The position numbers were made by a program, and so were the translations under genes. This document shows, piece by piece, positions 1-9,674 of a DNA stretch of 64,000 nucleotides (its first letter is position 1; each line of letters opens with the position of its first letter). The notes beneath the pieces are model-generated. The model saw only the letters and a list, made by a program, of their open reading frames with translations, searched no databases and was not told the origin of the DNA. The stretch is from an uncultured delta proteobacterium (GTDB lineage Bacteria > Desulfobacterota > Desulfobacteria > Desulfobacterales > JAFDCJ01), in NCBI GenBank assembly GCA_963769935.1, contig CAVYNY010000001.1:32001-96000 (forward strand), read 5' to 3'.

Positions 1-557
1 TCGATGCCGGCGCTTTCGAACAGCGCGGCATTCAGATATTTGTCGGCGGCACCGGGCGCCAGATAAACGGACGCATCAAAATAGCGGCAGATCTCAAGCA
101 GCAGCCGATCGCCGCCGGCGTCGATATTCAGTTCGGACAGCCGGAGGATCTCGGTTTCAAGGCCGAGATTCAGCATCAGATGCCGGAGAATGGCGAGATT
201 AAAATCAATGAGCCGGCCGGAAGCCGTTGAAAATATATTCTCGATAAACTGAAGATGTTCATAAAAATAAGGGGCAGCGGCATAGGCCTGTTTCAGGCTG
301 GCCGGGTGTTTGCGCGGCCAGCTGCCTTCACGGCACAGGCGCACGTCATCGATAGATTGCAGTCCCAGACCTTTTTTCCAGACGGGAATCGTCATCCACA
401 GAGTCCCCTGGTCGTTTTTAAAGCGATTGCGGGTAATCCAGGTAGTTGCCCTGGGAAACTGAACACAGTCGAGGACGACAAAAACATCGGCCAGATGAAC
501 GCGGTAAAAAAATCCGGGAAAGGGGGCGAAATAGGGTCGGCTGGCGGAAATGATCAT
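1..557 (-). CDS. WbqC-like family protein (runs off the window start)
   Basis: Manual minus-strand translation from ATG 557: MIISASRPYFAPFPGFFYRVHLADVFVVLDCVQFPRATTWITRNRFKNDQGTLWMTIPV...YLAPGAADKYLNAALFESAGI, matching the WbqC pattern (P..P..G.F, D..Q, RN, LT.PV). Missing from the ORF track because it has no stop in the window. Confidence 0.8.
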   Translation of the reverse strand, partial: MIISASRPYFAPFPGFFYRVHLADVFVVLDCVQFPRATTWITRNRFKNDQGTLWMTIPVWKKGLGLQSIDDVRLCREGSWPRKHPASLKQAYAAAPYFYEHLQFIENIFSTASGRLIDFNLAILRHLMLNLGLETEILRLSELNIDAGGDRLLLEICRYFDASVYLAPGAADKYLNAALFESAGI

Positions 558-561
558 GGGT

Positions 562-1485
562 TCAACCGGAATTGATAATCTGCAGTAATTCTTTTACCAC
601 ATGGTCGGCCTCAGCGCGCTTTACCTGGCAGGTGCCGACCTCCCGGTGGCCTCCGCCGCCGTATTTCAGGACCAGAGATCCCACGTCCACCCGGCAAGTT
701 CGGTTAATGATGCTGTGCCCGATGGAGATCATCGTAAACGCATTATTTCTTCCATCGACCATGCGCAGGGAGATGTTGGGCTCAGGATACATCACATATT
801 CCAGAAAACGGTTGCCTACCGGAATATCTTCGATACCGCGGAAATCAATGACGATGGCATCGCCTTCGATCCGGGTATGCTGCCTGAGCAGCGCTTTATA
901 ATTCTGCGTTTCCTCGGAATACACCTGAACCCGCTCCTGAAAATCCGGCAGGGACAGGATTTCTGCCACGGTTTTTGAGCGCAGCAAGCCGGGCAGCTGC
1001 TTCATCAGCTCGAAATTACTGATACGGAAGGTGCGTTTATATCCCAGTCCGGTGCGCGGATCCGCAAGAAAGGACAGCAGCACCCATCCCCGGGGATTTA
1101 ATATATCATCCCGGCTGAATCGGGCGGAATCCGCTATACCGACAATTCGTATCAGTTCTTTAAATTTTTTTAATTTCTCCGCATAGGCGTCATTGTCTTT
1201 ATAGTAGTTATAAATAACCTGGGCCGCACTGGGCAGGAGTTCACTGGCGCCCTTGAATTTGCCTTTCATACCCAACCGTTGGTGTTCACTGGAATGATGA
1301 TCAAACCACAATCCGCACCCCTCGACATGCGGCACGTTGGCAATAATGTCATTTTCGGATACTTCTACTTTATTATCCTGTAAATCCTTGGGGTGAATAT
1401 ACAGGATTTCATCCACCAGGCCCAGCTCCTGCAATATGGCCGCACACGCTGAACCGTCAAAATCAGAACGGGTTAGCAGTCTCAC
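562..1485 (-). CDS. DHH/DHHA1-family phosphoesterase (exopolyphosphatase/NrnA-like)
   Basis: Motifs RLLTRSDFDG, WFDHH and GGGGH...GTC. Likely GTG start at 1485 (ORF track starts at 1500); overlaps the 3' end of the kinase. Confidence 0.8.
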   Translation of the reverse strand: MRLLTRSDFDGSACAAILQELGLVDEILYIHPKDLQDNKVEVSENDIIANVPHVEGCGLWFDHHSSEHQRLGMKGKFKGASELLPSAAQVIYNYYKDNDAYAEKLKKFKELIRIVGIADSARFSRDDILNPRGWVLLSFLADPRTGLGYKRTFRISNFELMKQLPGLLRSKTVAEILSLPDFQERVQVYSEETQNYKALLRQHTRIEGDAIVIDFRGIEDIPVGNRFLEYVMYPEPNISLRMVDGRNNAFTMISIGHSIINRTCRVDVGSLVLKYGGGGHREVGTCQVKRAEADHVVKELLQIINSG

Positions 1486-4297
1486 ATTTCCACCTTTCAT
1501 CCAGCACTTTGCGAACCGTTACGGCAAGCTCACTCATGATGATGGGTTTGAGAACGAACTCCCTGATTCCGATCGCTTGGGCCTTTTCTTTGGAAATTCG
1601 TTCACTGTAGCCGGTACAAAGGATTACCGGGATATCGGATCGGATTGCCATCAGTTTGCGGGCCAGTTCGTCACCGGTCATGTTGGGCATGGTCATATCG
1701 GTGATGACCAGATCGAATTTGGGAGGCTGGGCGATGAACAGCTCCAATGCTTCGATGCTGCTCGTGCGGGTGGTGACATCGTAACCCAGGCGTTCCAGCA
1801 TCTGATAACCCAGATCCACCAGGGCTTTTTCATCGTCGATAAATAAAATCTTTTCGTTCCCGGTGGGCATGGCCATCTTCGGCCTGGTTTCAGTATCGAC
1901 TTCACGCTCGATGACAGGCAGATATATATCAAAACTGGATCCCTGATCGACGGAACTTTCCACCGTAATCGTTCCGCCGTGGCTTTTTACGATACCCAGT
2001 ACCACGGCCAGGCCCATGCCGGTCCCTTCTCCGCGCTCCTTGGTTGTAAAGAAAGGGTCGAAAATGCGGTCGGTGATTTTCTTGTCCATACCGTGCCCGG
2101 TATCTCTCACCCTCAGTTTTAAATAAGTTCCGGCCGATAAATAGGGATGCTGTTCAAGAAAATCTTTCTGCAGTTCGACCTCGGAGAGTTCAATTTTCAG
2201 CTGCCCACCTTTTTCCCGCATGGCGTGGGCGGCGTTGGTGCAAAGATTCATCATCACCTGATGAATTTGGGTTGGATCAGCCATCACGGCGGAATTACTC
2301 CGCAGGTTCGGCTCGATTCTGATTGTCGTCGGCAAGGAGGCCCGCAGCAATTTAAGGGTTTCGATGACAATCTGGCTTATCTGGACGGGTTTTAGTTCCT
2401 TGTCCGTTTGACGGCTGAACATAAGAATCTGCTTCACGAGATCCCGGGCACGATTGCCGGCTTTAAGCACTTCCTGCAGGTTCCTATGCTGCTGAGATCC
2501 ATCGGCCGTATCTGCCAGCACAATTTCGGTATAGCCGATGACGGCCGACAGGATATTATTGAAATCATGCGCAATGCCCCCCGCCAGGGTGCCGATGGCT
2601 TCCATTTTCTGGGCCTGCTGCAACTGGGCCTGGATGTGAAGGCTTTCTTTTTCGAGATCTTTGATGCGCGTAATATCGGTGGCGATTTCCAGACGCACCA
2701 ACCGGCCGTCCACCCACTTGATCGCCCGATCGTAATTGAGGTACCACCTGCCGGTAGCGCGGTTTTTGGCTTCCCAGACACAGGGTCCGGCCGGTTGGCC
2801 TTTTGAATCAATTAACTGCTCATTGGTACAGTCGCTGCACGGGCCGGAGAAATTACGAAACACCTCGTAGCAGGTCTTGCCCACGACGTCCTCGCCGAAG
2901 CTTTCGTGCATATGCTTATTGACCAGCAAAATTTCATAGGTGTCCATGTCGGCCACATAAATATCGGCATCGATACTGTCTAAAACCGTAAGAAACCGCA
3001 CATGGGAATCGATCAGCGCTTTTCTTGACCGATTGCGTTCGCTGATATTGGTTGCGATAATAGTCAGCCCGCGCGCCGTGCTCTCCGATCTCAAGGGCGA
3101 GACGCTGATGTGCGCCGGAAACAAAGCCCCGCCTTTGCGAATGGCGGCGGTCTCGAAATTTCGGGCGGTTTCCTGCTTGAAGCAGCTGGTGATTTGGGCT
3201 CTCTGGTTCGAGGTGAAGTCAAATATATTTTCGATATTCTGCCCCACCAGTTCTTCCTTCCGATAGCCGCAGAAGTTCAGGCTGGCGGCATTGGCATACA
3301 CGATCCGGCCATCGGCATCGGCCGCAATGGCACACTCCTCTACATTTTCAATCATGGAGGATATCAACGAAAGCTGCTGGGAAAGCTGGTGGTGCTCAAC
3401 TGCCTGGTCCAACCGGATGTCTGATTCGAAAGAATCGATATTATCCCGGGTGACTACAATAAAACCGGTGTCGATATTGCCGGGGATGTTGATGGCCCCC
3501 GGCGTATGGCCGGTTACCCTGGATCCATGGTTATAGTCGTAGAGCAATTGAAAAGCCATATAGGTGGAGACTTCGCTCTTCTGGAAAAAGGCTGCATCGA
3601 TTACGCCTGATCTAACCAGCTGGAAATGTGGCGCATCGGCATCCACACAAATCAGCTTTACGGAACCGATCAACCCCATTTTTTCCAAAGCTCGCGCCGC
3701 CGCAGGGCCGCAGTCACCGTTAAATCCCACAATGCCCTTCAGATCCGTACAATGGCGCAGAAATTCCTCGATGACGGGCTCTTCCAGCCTGGGATCCGCA
3801 TCCGGCTCCTCAACCGCTGCCAACACTTCGATATCGGGATAACGGGAGATGTGCTGCCGGAAACCCGTGACACCCAGCTTGACATTTTCAAGGTCAAAAG
3901 CTCCCAGAGTCAAAACCCGGCCCTGGTTTGTCAGTAAAGCTGCCATTTTTTCGGCCATGGTGGTTCCCATGCGGTACCAATCCGATCCGACATAGGCATG
4001 CCGCTTGCTCCGGGGAATATCCCGATCGACACAGACGACCGGAACGCCGTTGTCGACGGCTGCATCAACAGCCGATACGATTTCCGCCTCGCCCCAGCCG
4101 ATGAGCATAATGCCGGCGACCTTGCGCTGAACAGCATCATACACCGCTTTCACATAGGGCTCGGTAGCGGTGTCTTCCGGTCCGGCAATCGATATTTTGA
4201 CATGATAGTGTCCTGCCAGGCGCAGCAGTATCGGATGGGAGCGGCCGCTAAAGACGGGATGGTGGGCAACCTTGGAAATCCAGACATATTCTTCCAT
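1463..4297 (-). CDS. Hybrid sensor histidine kinase: N-terminal sugar-binding (periplasmic-binding-protein type I) domain, PAS domains, HisKA, HATPase, receiver
   Basis: GVPVVCVDRD..YVGSDWYRMG (RbsB-like); PAS IVYANAAS..GYRKEELVG; H-box GGIAHDFNNIL; NLCTNA, DTGHGM, FDPFFTTK, GTGMGL; receiver FIDDE, DMTMP, KP. Confidence 0.9.
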   Translation of the reverse strand: MEEYVWISKVAHHPVFSGRSHPILLRLAGHYHVKISIAGPEDTATEPYVKAVYDAVQRKVAGIMLIGWGEAEIVSAVDAAVDNGVPVVCVDRDIPRSKRHAYVGSDWYRMGTTMAEKMAALLTNQGRVLTLGAFDLENVKLGVTGFRQHISRYPDIEVLAAVEEPDADPRLEEPVIEEFLRHCTDLKGIVGFNGDCGPAAARALEKMGLIGSVKLICVDADAPHFQLVRSGVIDAAFFQKSEVSTYMAFQLLYDYNHGSRVTGHTPGAINIPGNIDTGFIVVTRDNIDSFESDIRLDQAVEHHQLSQQLSLISSMIENVEECAIAADADGRIVYANAASLNFCGYRKEELVGQNIENIFDFTSNQRAQITSCFKQETARNFETAAIRKGGALFPAHISVSPLRSESTARGLTIIATNISERNRSRKALIDSHVRFLTVLDSIDADIYVADMDTYEILLVNKHMHESFGEDVVGKTCYEVFRNFSGPCSDCTNEQLIDSKGQPAGPCVWEAKNRATGRWYLNYDRAIKWVDGRLVRLEIATDITRIKDLEKESLHIQAQLQQAQKMEAIGTLAGGIAHDFNNILSAVIGYTEIVLADTADGSQQHRNLQEVLKAGNRARDLVKQILMFSRQTDKELKPVQISQIVIETLKLLRASLPTTIRIEPNLRSNSAVMADPTQIHQVMMNLCTNAAHAMREKGGQLKIELSEVELQKDFLEQHPYLSAGTYLKLRVRDTGHGMDKKITDRIFDPFFTTKERGEGTGMGLAVVLGIVKSHGGTITVESSVDQGSSFDIYLPVIEREVDTETRPKMAMPTGNEKILFIDDEKALVDLGYQMLERLGYDVTTRTSSIEALELFIAQPPKFDLVITDMTMPNMTGDELARKLMAIRSDIPVILCTGYSERISKEKAQAIGIREFVLKPIIMSELAVTVRKVLDERWKCETANPF

Positions 4298-4561
4298 CTG
4301 TTGTACCCTTCACGAATGGTTAATGAGCCCTACCCAAAAGTGCAGCCCTTGGGCAGCATGCAGTCGGCAGTCTGCACAGCTGCAGGAATCAGAGAACAGA
4401 TTTGTTGACCGGAAATTCAAGACCAGGTAAAGCAGTCGAATTAAAGATAATATATCATATCAAAGACTTGGTGACAAGGTGTAAACGTGAAGAGATAGGA
4501 AGGCGTCATTTAAACAAAAAATTGATTGATACGAAAATTACCTTGCTTAATAAAAATCATG

Positions 4562-4873
4562 AAAACTCCAAGCATCAAAATACAAACCCCAAACAAATCC
4601 CAATGACCTAAATTAAAAATTCCAAACAGATAATCCGTTTATCGCTTGGCCCGAAGGCATAATCCCCAGCAAACCAGGGGGGTGAAGGGATGCGACGCAA
4701 TTGTAGTGAGTGTTTTGGTCATTGAAAATTGAGATTTACCTGCCCTGTTAAATCATCTTGCAAGGATTAACGGAATAGGTCAATAATGTGATCTTCATAA
4801 CTCAGACCGATGCACCCTCAGCCGAATAATTTAACAGGGTAAATAATTTGGTGCTTGGGATTTGGAATTTTTT
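4562..4873. repeat. Intergenic element with inverted degenerate heptamer arms (AAATCCC/AAATTCC type) and a nested palindromic insert
   Basis: Left arm 4562-4629 (..aaacaaatcccaatgacctaaattaaaaattccaaacag); right arm 4711-4738 plus 4843-4873 (taatttggtgcttgggatttggaatttt); same family as 12143-12210 and 15571-15786. Confidence 0.75.
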
Positions 4874-4935
4874 CGTCTTACATAACCTTCTGAGGCAACT
4901 GAACCCAGGACCCAGTACCCTGACCCGTTGCAAGT

Positions 4936-7900
4936 CTAGCGCAACTTTATTTCCCGATAAGGCAACCCCAGCGACTGTGCCAGGTCCATCAGGGCCTTTT
5001 CCAGAGTCACTTCTTCCCCGCGACTGTTTTTCACTTTAATGAGCTTATCCGCCACCACAAAAATCTGGATTTTGTGCGGATCGAGGTATTCTTCCGCCAG
5101 CCGGCGCAGATCGTCTCTATCGGCCGTGAAAAATGCATCCTGGATTTTATCCAGCGTGTCAAGGGGCTCTTGACGCATGTAATATCGGCCGTAAACATTT
5201 ACCAGATCCGCCGGGGTGTCCACGTTAAAAACAAAGCTGTTTAATGCATCCAGCCTTTTTTGTTCAAGCTCATCTTGCGGGACATCCCGGCCCAGCAATT
5301 TCATAATGTTGAGCGTCTCTTCCAGGGCCGGCACGGTTTTATCACCTTTGCAGCCGATATAGCCGATGAGAACACCGGCCGACCACTTGTATGTCTCATA
5401 AAAAGCGGCGGAGTAAACCAGGCCGAGATCATCGCGCAAACGGGTATACATCATGGAATCGTTGCCGCCGAAAATGTGCATCAGCAAGTTGATTTTCCAG
5501 TAGTCCGGCTGCCGGCGATTAACGCTGGGCAGGCTCAGCGCAATCTGAGACTGCACCTGACCGGGCTTGGGAATCAGGGCCAACACCGGCGGTGTTGGCC
5601 CGGGATCAGGCAGCTTCCGCTGCGGCGCCGGTGTCTGGGGCAAGGCTTTAAAAAGCTGCTCTAATCCCGTTAGGGCTTCCTGCCTATCGATATCGCCGGC
5701 TATAGCGGCGACCATGTTGGACGGCACAAAATATGTATGCAGAAATTGCTTAAGATCCTCGCCGGTAATTGCCGGAATGGTTTTAAGCGCAGATAGAGGA
5801 TCGCGACCGTACGGATGGCCCTGGAAGTGCCAGATATCCCTTTCGCGCGCGGCCACCGACTGGGCATCTTCTCCCTGCCGTTCAAGGCCGGTCATTTCCT
5901 GAGCTTTGACGACCGCCAACACCCGGGAATCAAATGCGGGCCGGGTCAAAATTTCCTGCAATATGCGCAAGCCCGCCTGCCAGTCTTTTTTGAGCACCGA
6001 TAACTGAATGGCCGTGTCTTCCTCCCCGCCTTCAATGCTGATCCGAATGGCATTTTCATCAAGCAACCGCGCCAGCTCAGCCGGTGCGTGGGATGCGGTT
6101 CCGCCCAGGACGAGGCTGCCGTTCAGCAAATCGATCAAACCGCTCCTGGAATCAGGCACATCAACCGAACCGGCCTTGACCAATAAGGTTAAATCCACCA
6201 CCGGCAGCTCCCTGTCCGGCAAATAAAAGACTCTGCTGCCGCCGATAGGCAGGTCTTCGGCGGCGGGGTATTCGATTTTCTGGGGATGACGCTGAAAAGA
6301 CAGCGGATGTTTCCAGCCGACGGGCGTCGGATATTGGGAAATGTTGGTAAAATCAGGCGGACGTTCCATTTTGGCGGATCTGCTGCCGGCAATTGAACGA
6401 ACCTCCGAATAATTCTCGGGGGGTCGTTCCGGCTGTCCCCCGGGAATGACATACACGCTGGTTTGATTGTCCGTTTGAATGTACTTGTTGGCGGCCTGAA
6501 GGATATCCTCGGGCGTGATGCTTGCAATGTTCTCCAGATAACGCAGCAGGTAGCGCCAACCCACCTGAACCTCGAGCGTGGCCAGGGTGCCGGCCAGGCT
6601 TTCGTTGCTGCGCATGCCGTCAATAAAGTCGCGCTGGTTGAGCTTCTTAATACGCTGAAGCTCGCCGGCGGAAACCGGCTCGGTTTTAATTTTCTCGACT
6701 TCCGCTAAAAGCAGCCCTTCCAGTTCCTGACAGGCCTTAAGGTACGCCCGGCGCTTTTCTGCATCGCTCACCCCTTCTTTCCCGGTGATCTCCGGCTGAT
6801 TGGGCGACCCGCCCAGAATGATCATTCCGCCGTAGCGGTTGTCGGGGTTATAAGACCAGGCCACCTGGGCCAGTCCTTTGTTGGTGATATTTTGGGTCAG
6901 GCGGGCGCTGAGGCCATGGCTCAAGATCATGGTCATGGCGTCCAGAGCATAAAAATCCCTGGTATCCATGGGGGCAGCGTGGAAACCGATCCTAACCAGA
7001 GGCGTGCGGGCGCCTTTCAAGTAGCGGATGCTTTGTCGCGGACCCTTCTGCACCGGTTCCTCGGTGACATTTTCAGAGGCGCGCTTACCGGCCGGATAGC
7101 GTTCGAAGTAGATTTCAGCAAACCGGCGGGCCCTCTCCAGTGAGACATCACCCACCAGAACACAGACGGCATTCGTGGGATTATAATAGGTCTTATGGAA
7201 CGCGGCGGCATCCTGTGTATTGAATTTTTCCATATCGGATTTCCAGCCGATGGTCGGATTGCGATAGGGGTGGGCGCTGTAAGCTGTCGCGTCAAGATCC
7301 AGCCAGGCCGCGCCGTTGGGGTCGTTGATATAGCGAAACGCCCATTCCCGCTGGACGACTTCTTTTTCGACGTAAAACTCGCGCCAGGCCGGTTCGAACA
7401 CCTGTTCGCTAACAATTGAAAACCACTGCTCCAACATGTCGGAGGGCACGGAAGCGACATACTGCGTCTGGTCCTTGGTGGTGAATGCGTTGACGCCCAC
7501 CGCACCATTTTGGCCGAGCTGGGAAGAAAACACCTGGGGAATATATATTTTTTGCACCTCCAGCCGCAGTTCATTCATTTCGGCCGTCTTTTTCGCGATC
7601 AAGTCCTGATCGGGGTTTCGTTTGCTCTGTTCCGCGAGCACGACCTGGTAAGCGGCCTCGATGCGGGCCTGCAGCTGTTCATCTTTTTTGTAGTCCAGCG
7701 ACCCGAAATTTTTGGTGCCTTTAAACATCATGTGCTCCAGCAGATGGGCGATGCCGGTTTTGCCGGTTTCCTCGAGCGCCGAGCCCGCACGAATCGCCAG
7801 ACGAACGGCAACCTGAGGCGTTGCCGGCCGTTCGACCACCAGAAACAGCATACCGTTTTTAAGCTTAAAATGCTGGACGTCGATGTTGAGATCATAAGCT

Positions 7901-7977
7901 GTGTCACCGGCGGCATAAACGTTGCCGGTAAACACCAGCAAAAAGAGCGTCAATATAAAAAGTTTAAGGGTGCGCAT
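4936..7977 (-). CDS. M16 family zinc metallopeptidase (pitrilysin/PqqL-like), secreted
   Basis: Signal peptide MRTLKLFILTLFLLVFTGNVYA; inverted zinc motif GIAHLLEHMMFKGT; NAFTT; second M16 half with LRDDLGLVY. Confidence 0.9.
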   Translation of the reverse strand: MRTLKLFILTLFLLVFTGNVYAAGDTAYDLNIDVQHFKLKNGMLFLVVERPATPQVAVRLAIRAGSALEETGKTGIAHLLEHMMFKGTKNFGSLDYKKDEQLQARIEAAYQVVLAEQSKRNPDQDLIAKKTAEMNELRLEVQKIYIPQVFSSQLGQNGAVGVNAFTTKDQTQYVASVPSDMLEQWFSIVSEQVFEPAWREFYVEKEVVQREWAFRYINDPNGAAWLDLDATAYSAHPYRNPTIGWKSDMEKFNTQDAAAFHKTYYNPTNAVCVLVGDVSLERARRFAEIYFERYPAGKRASENVTEEPVQKGPRQSIRYLKGARTPLVRIGFHAAPMDTRDFYALDAMTMILSHGLSARLTQNITNKGLAQVAWSYNPDNRYGGMIILGGSPNQPEITGKEGVSDAEKRRAYLKACQELEGLLLAEVEKIKTEPVSAGELQRIKKLNQRDFIDGMRSNESLAGTLATLEVQVGWRYLLRYLENIASITPEDILQAANKYIQTDNQTSVYVIPGGQPERPPENYSEVRSIAGSRSAKMERPPDFTNISQYPTPVGWKHPLSFQRHPQKIEYPAAEDLPIGGSRVFYLPDRELPVVDLTLLVKAGSVDVPDSRSGLIDLLNGSLVLGGTASHAPAELARLLDENAIRISIEGGEEDTAIQLSVLKKDWQAGLRILQEILTRPAFDSRVLAVVKAQEMTGLERQGEDAQSVAARERDIWHFQGHPYGRDPLSALKTIPAITGEDLKQFLHTYFVPSNMVAAIAGDIDRQEALTGLEQLFKALPQTPAPQRKLPDPGPTPPVLALIPKPGQVQSQIALSLPSVNRRQPDYWKINLLMHIFGGNDSMMYTRLRDDLGLVYSAAFYETYKWSAGVLIGYIGCKGDKTVPALEETLNIMKLLGRDVPQDELEQKRLDALNSFVFNVDTPADLVNVYGRYYMRQEPLDTLDKIQDAFFTADRDDLRRLAEEYLDPHKIQIFVVADKLIKVKNSRGEEVTLEKALMDLAQSLGLPYREIKLR

Positions 7978-7993
7978 TAAAAAAGCCTCCTGA

Positions 7994-8135
7994 TAAGGTC
8001 CAAAAGTTTGGGGTTTGGGACTCCGCCCTTTGGGCTTCGCTTTCAGCTACGACCCAAAAGGTCGGGCTTCCGACTTCGCTCTTCGAGCTACGACGGGACA
8101 AGTCCACCCCACACGCAGGGTTCAAAGGTTCGAGA
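7994..8135. repeat. Two REP-like CTTCGC..GCTACGAC units between heptamer-like (AGGTTCA) flanks
   Basis: gggcttcgctttcagctacgacc and gacttcgctcttcgagctacgacg in tandem; flanks aaggtccaaaagtttggggtttgg and gggttcaaaggttcgag. Confidence 0.5.
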
Positions 8136-8411
8136 TCGAGTTTTTACCCCGGTCTGCGATTAGCGATAAACTTATATACAAAAGCATGGGATTTCAAGAC
8201 CACCCGGCGTATTTTTTGGCGTTTGGCCCCAACCGTCGCCTATGGTATAAGGGACAGGCCGGCCTCCGGTATGGCGAATTTTTGCTGGAAACCGGTGGGA
8301 GCCGATTTTGAATTTGCTCCGCTGATACGACAGTGCACCTTGATTTTTCATTAACAAGATTATAATAGTATTTTTTCGAATTATAAAATAAAATCATTGA
8401 AGAGTGTGGGT

Positions 8412-9398
8412 ATGATTAGTGCTGTTGTAATGGCGGGCTACAACAACAAGCGTGAAGTTAAACGATACAGCCGCATTGTGGCTGAACATTACGGCGAAAA
8501 GTTTATCGAGTCGGGATACAAGCCGCTGCGGGAGTTTCGGACAGTCCTCAACGGCGTGACGGTCAGCAAACCCCTGATTCAATATACCCTTGAAAAACTT
8601 TTCGAAAACGAATTTATCGATGAGATCATCATTGTGGGCCACCAAATGCTGCTCGAGCAAAGGCTGCGCAAATTCATCCGACAATTTGAAAAGCCCTGTC
8701 ACGTTGTAAACCAGAATTCAAAAATTCCCGGTGATATCGTCCGTCAATTCAGGATCAAACCCCGCAAAGTAAAATACAACTCGATTGCCGGTAATTTTAT
8801 CAAAGGATATGCCGCCAGCAAGTCCTGCCGGGAAAAAAGACATGCCTTGTTTGTGGCCTCCGACTCTCCGCTGACCACCAAAGAATTTATCAGTCGGTTT
8901 ATTAACGTGGCCGCCCAATACTGGGACGAAACCGCCATCATTGTGCCGGCGATCCTTATCAATGATAAAAGGGACAAGCTTGGCAGGCTGCCCATAAGGC
9001 TTCAAAATGACTCGCAGTTTCAGCTGGCCGATCAAAAAGATGAATACGGCCGGCAGGGTTTTCGCCTCTCCTCCTTAATTTCGGCCAATCCACATTGCTT
9101 TGATGTGAACACGGCCAACACGGCTTACAGTCTGCGTAAATGCCTGAGTCCCAAAGTTCAAATAAAGCTGTTTAAGATTACGCGCGGTCTGGGATATACA
9201 AATGTGTATTCCAAGTATTTTATAAGAAAGCATTTGAGTGTCGTCGAAGTCGAAAACATCGTTTCGGCGCATTTCGGGGGCAGGCTGAAAATAATTCCGA
9301 TGCTCGGTGAAGATGCCACCTATGACTACGACGGAACGGATCTGGAGTTTCGCATGATCAGCACAATGCTGAAATCCGATACCGAGGCATCGGAGTAA
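8412..9398 (+). CDS. Nucleotidyltransferase-like (NTP-transferase fold) protein of unknown specificity
   Basis: N-terminal ISAVVMAG, YKPL..KPLIQYTLEKL, IDEIIIVG, FVASDSPL and a C-terminal DYD. ATG at 8412 preferred over TTG at 8397. Confidence 0.6.
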   Translation: MISAVVMAGYNNKREVKRYSRIVAEHYGEKFIESGYKPLREFRTVLNGVTVSKPLIQYTLEKLFENEFIDEIIIVGHQMLLEQRLRKFIRQFEKPCHVVNQNSKIPGDIVRQFRIKPRKVKYNSIAGNFIKGYAASKSCREKRHALFVASDSPLTTKEFISRFINVAAQYWDETAIIVPAILINDKRDKLGRLPIRLQNDSQFQLADQKDEYGRQGFRLSSLISANPHCFDVNTANTAYSLRKCLSPKVQIKLFKITRGLGYTNVYSKYFIRKHLSVVEVENIVSAHFGGRLKIIPMLGEDATYDYDGTDLEFRMISTMLKSDTEASE

Positions 9399-9674
9399 CC
9401 TTATATGATTACTTCACGCTGCCGTCTGCCGGCTTGAACCGTGTAGCTCGAACTGTCAACCAGCACCTCGTACCCCGCAACGCACAACGCAGCCTTGTCC
9501 TCCTGCCGTTATCTTCCCTTTAACTTCCTGAGATATATTTCGCTTCACCCTGGTTGAGAACGCCGCCATGACATTTTGGTCATCTGTCCGCCATCTTTCC
9601 GTTAACTGAGTAATTTATATTGACTGACACTAAGGCCGATTCCGGCCGAAACTTTAAAATGGAGGTAAGAGAAA

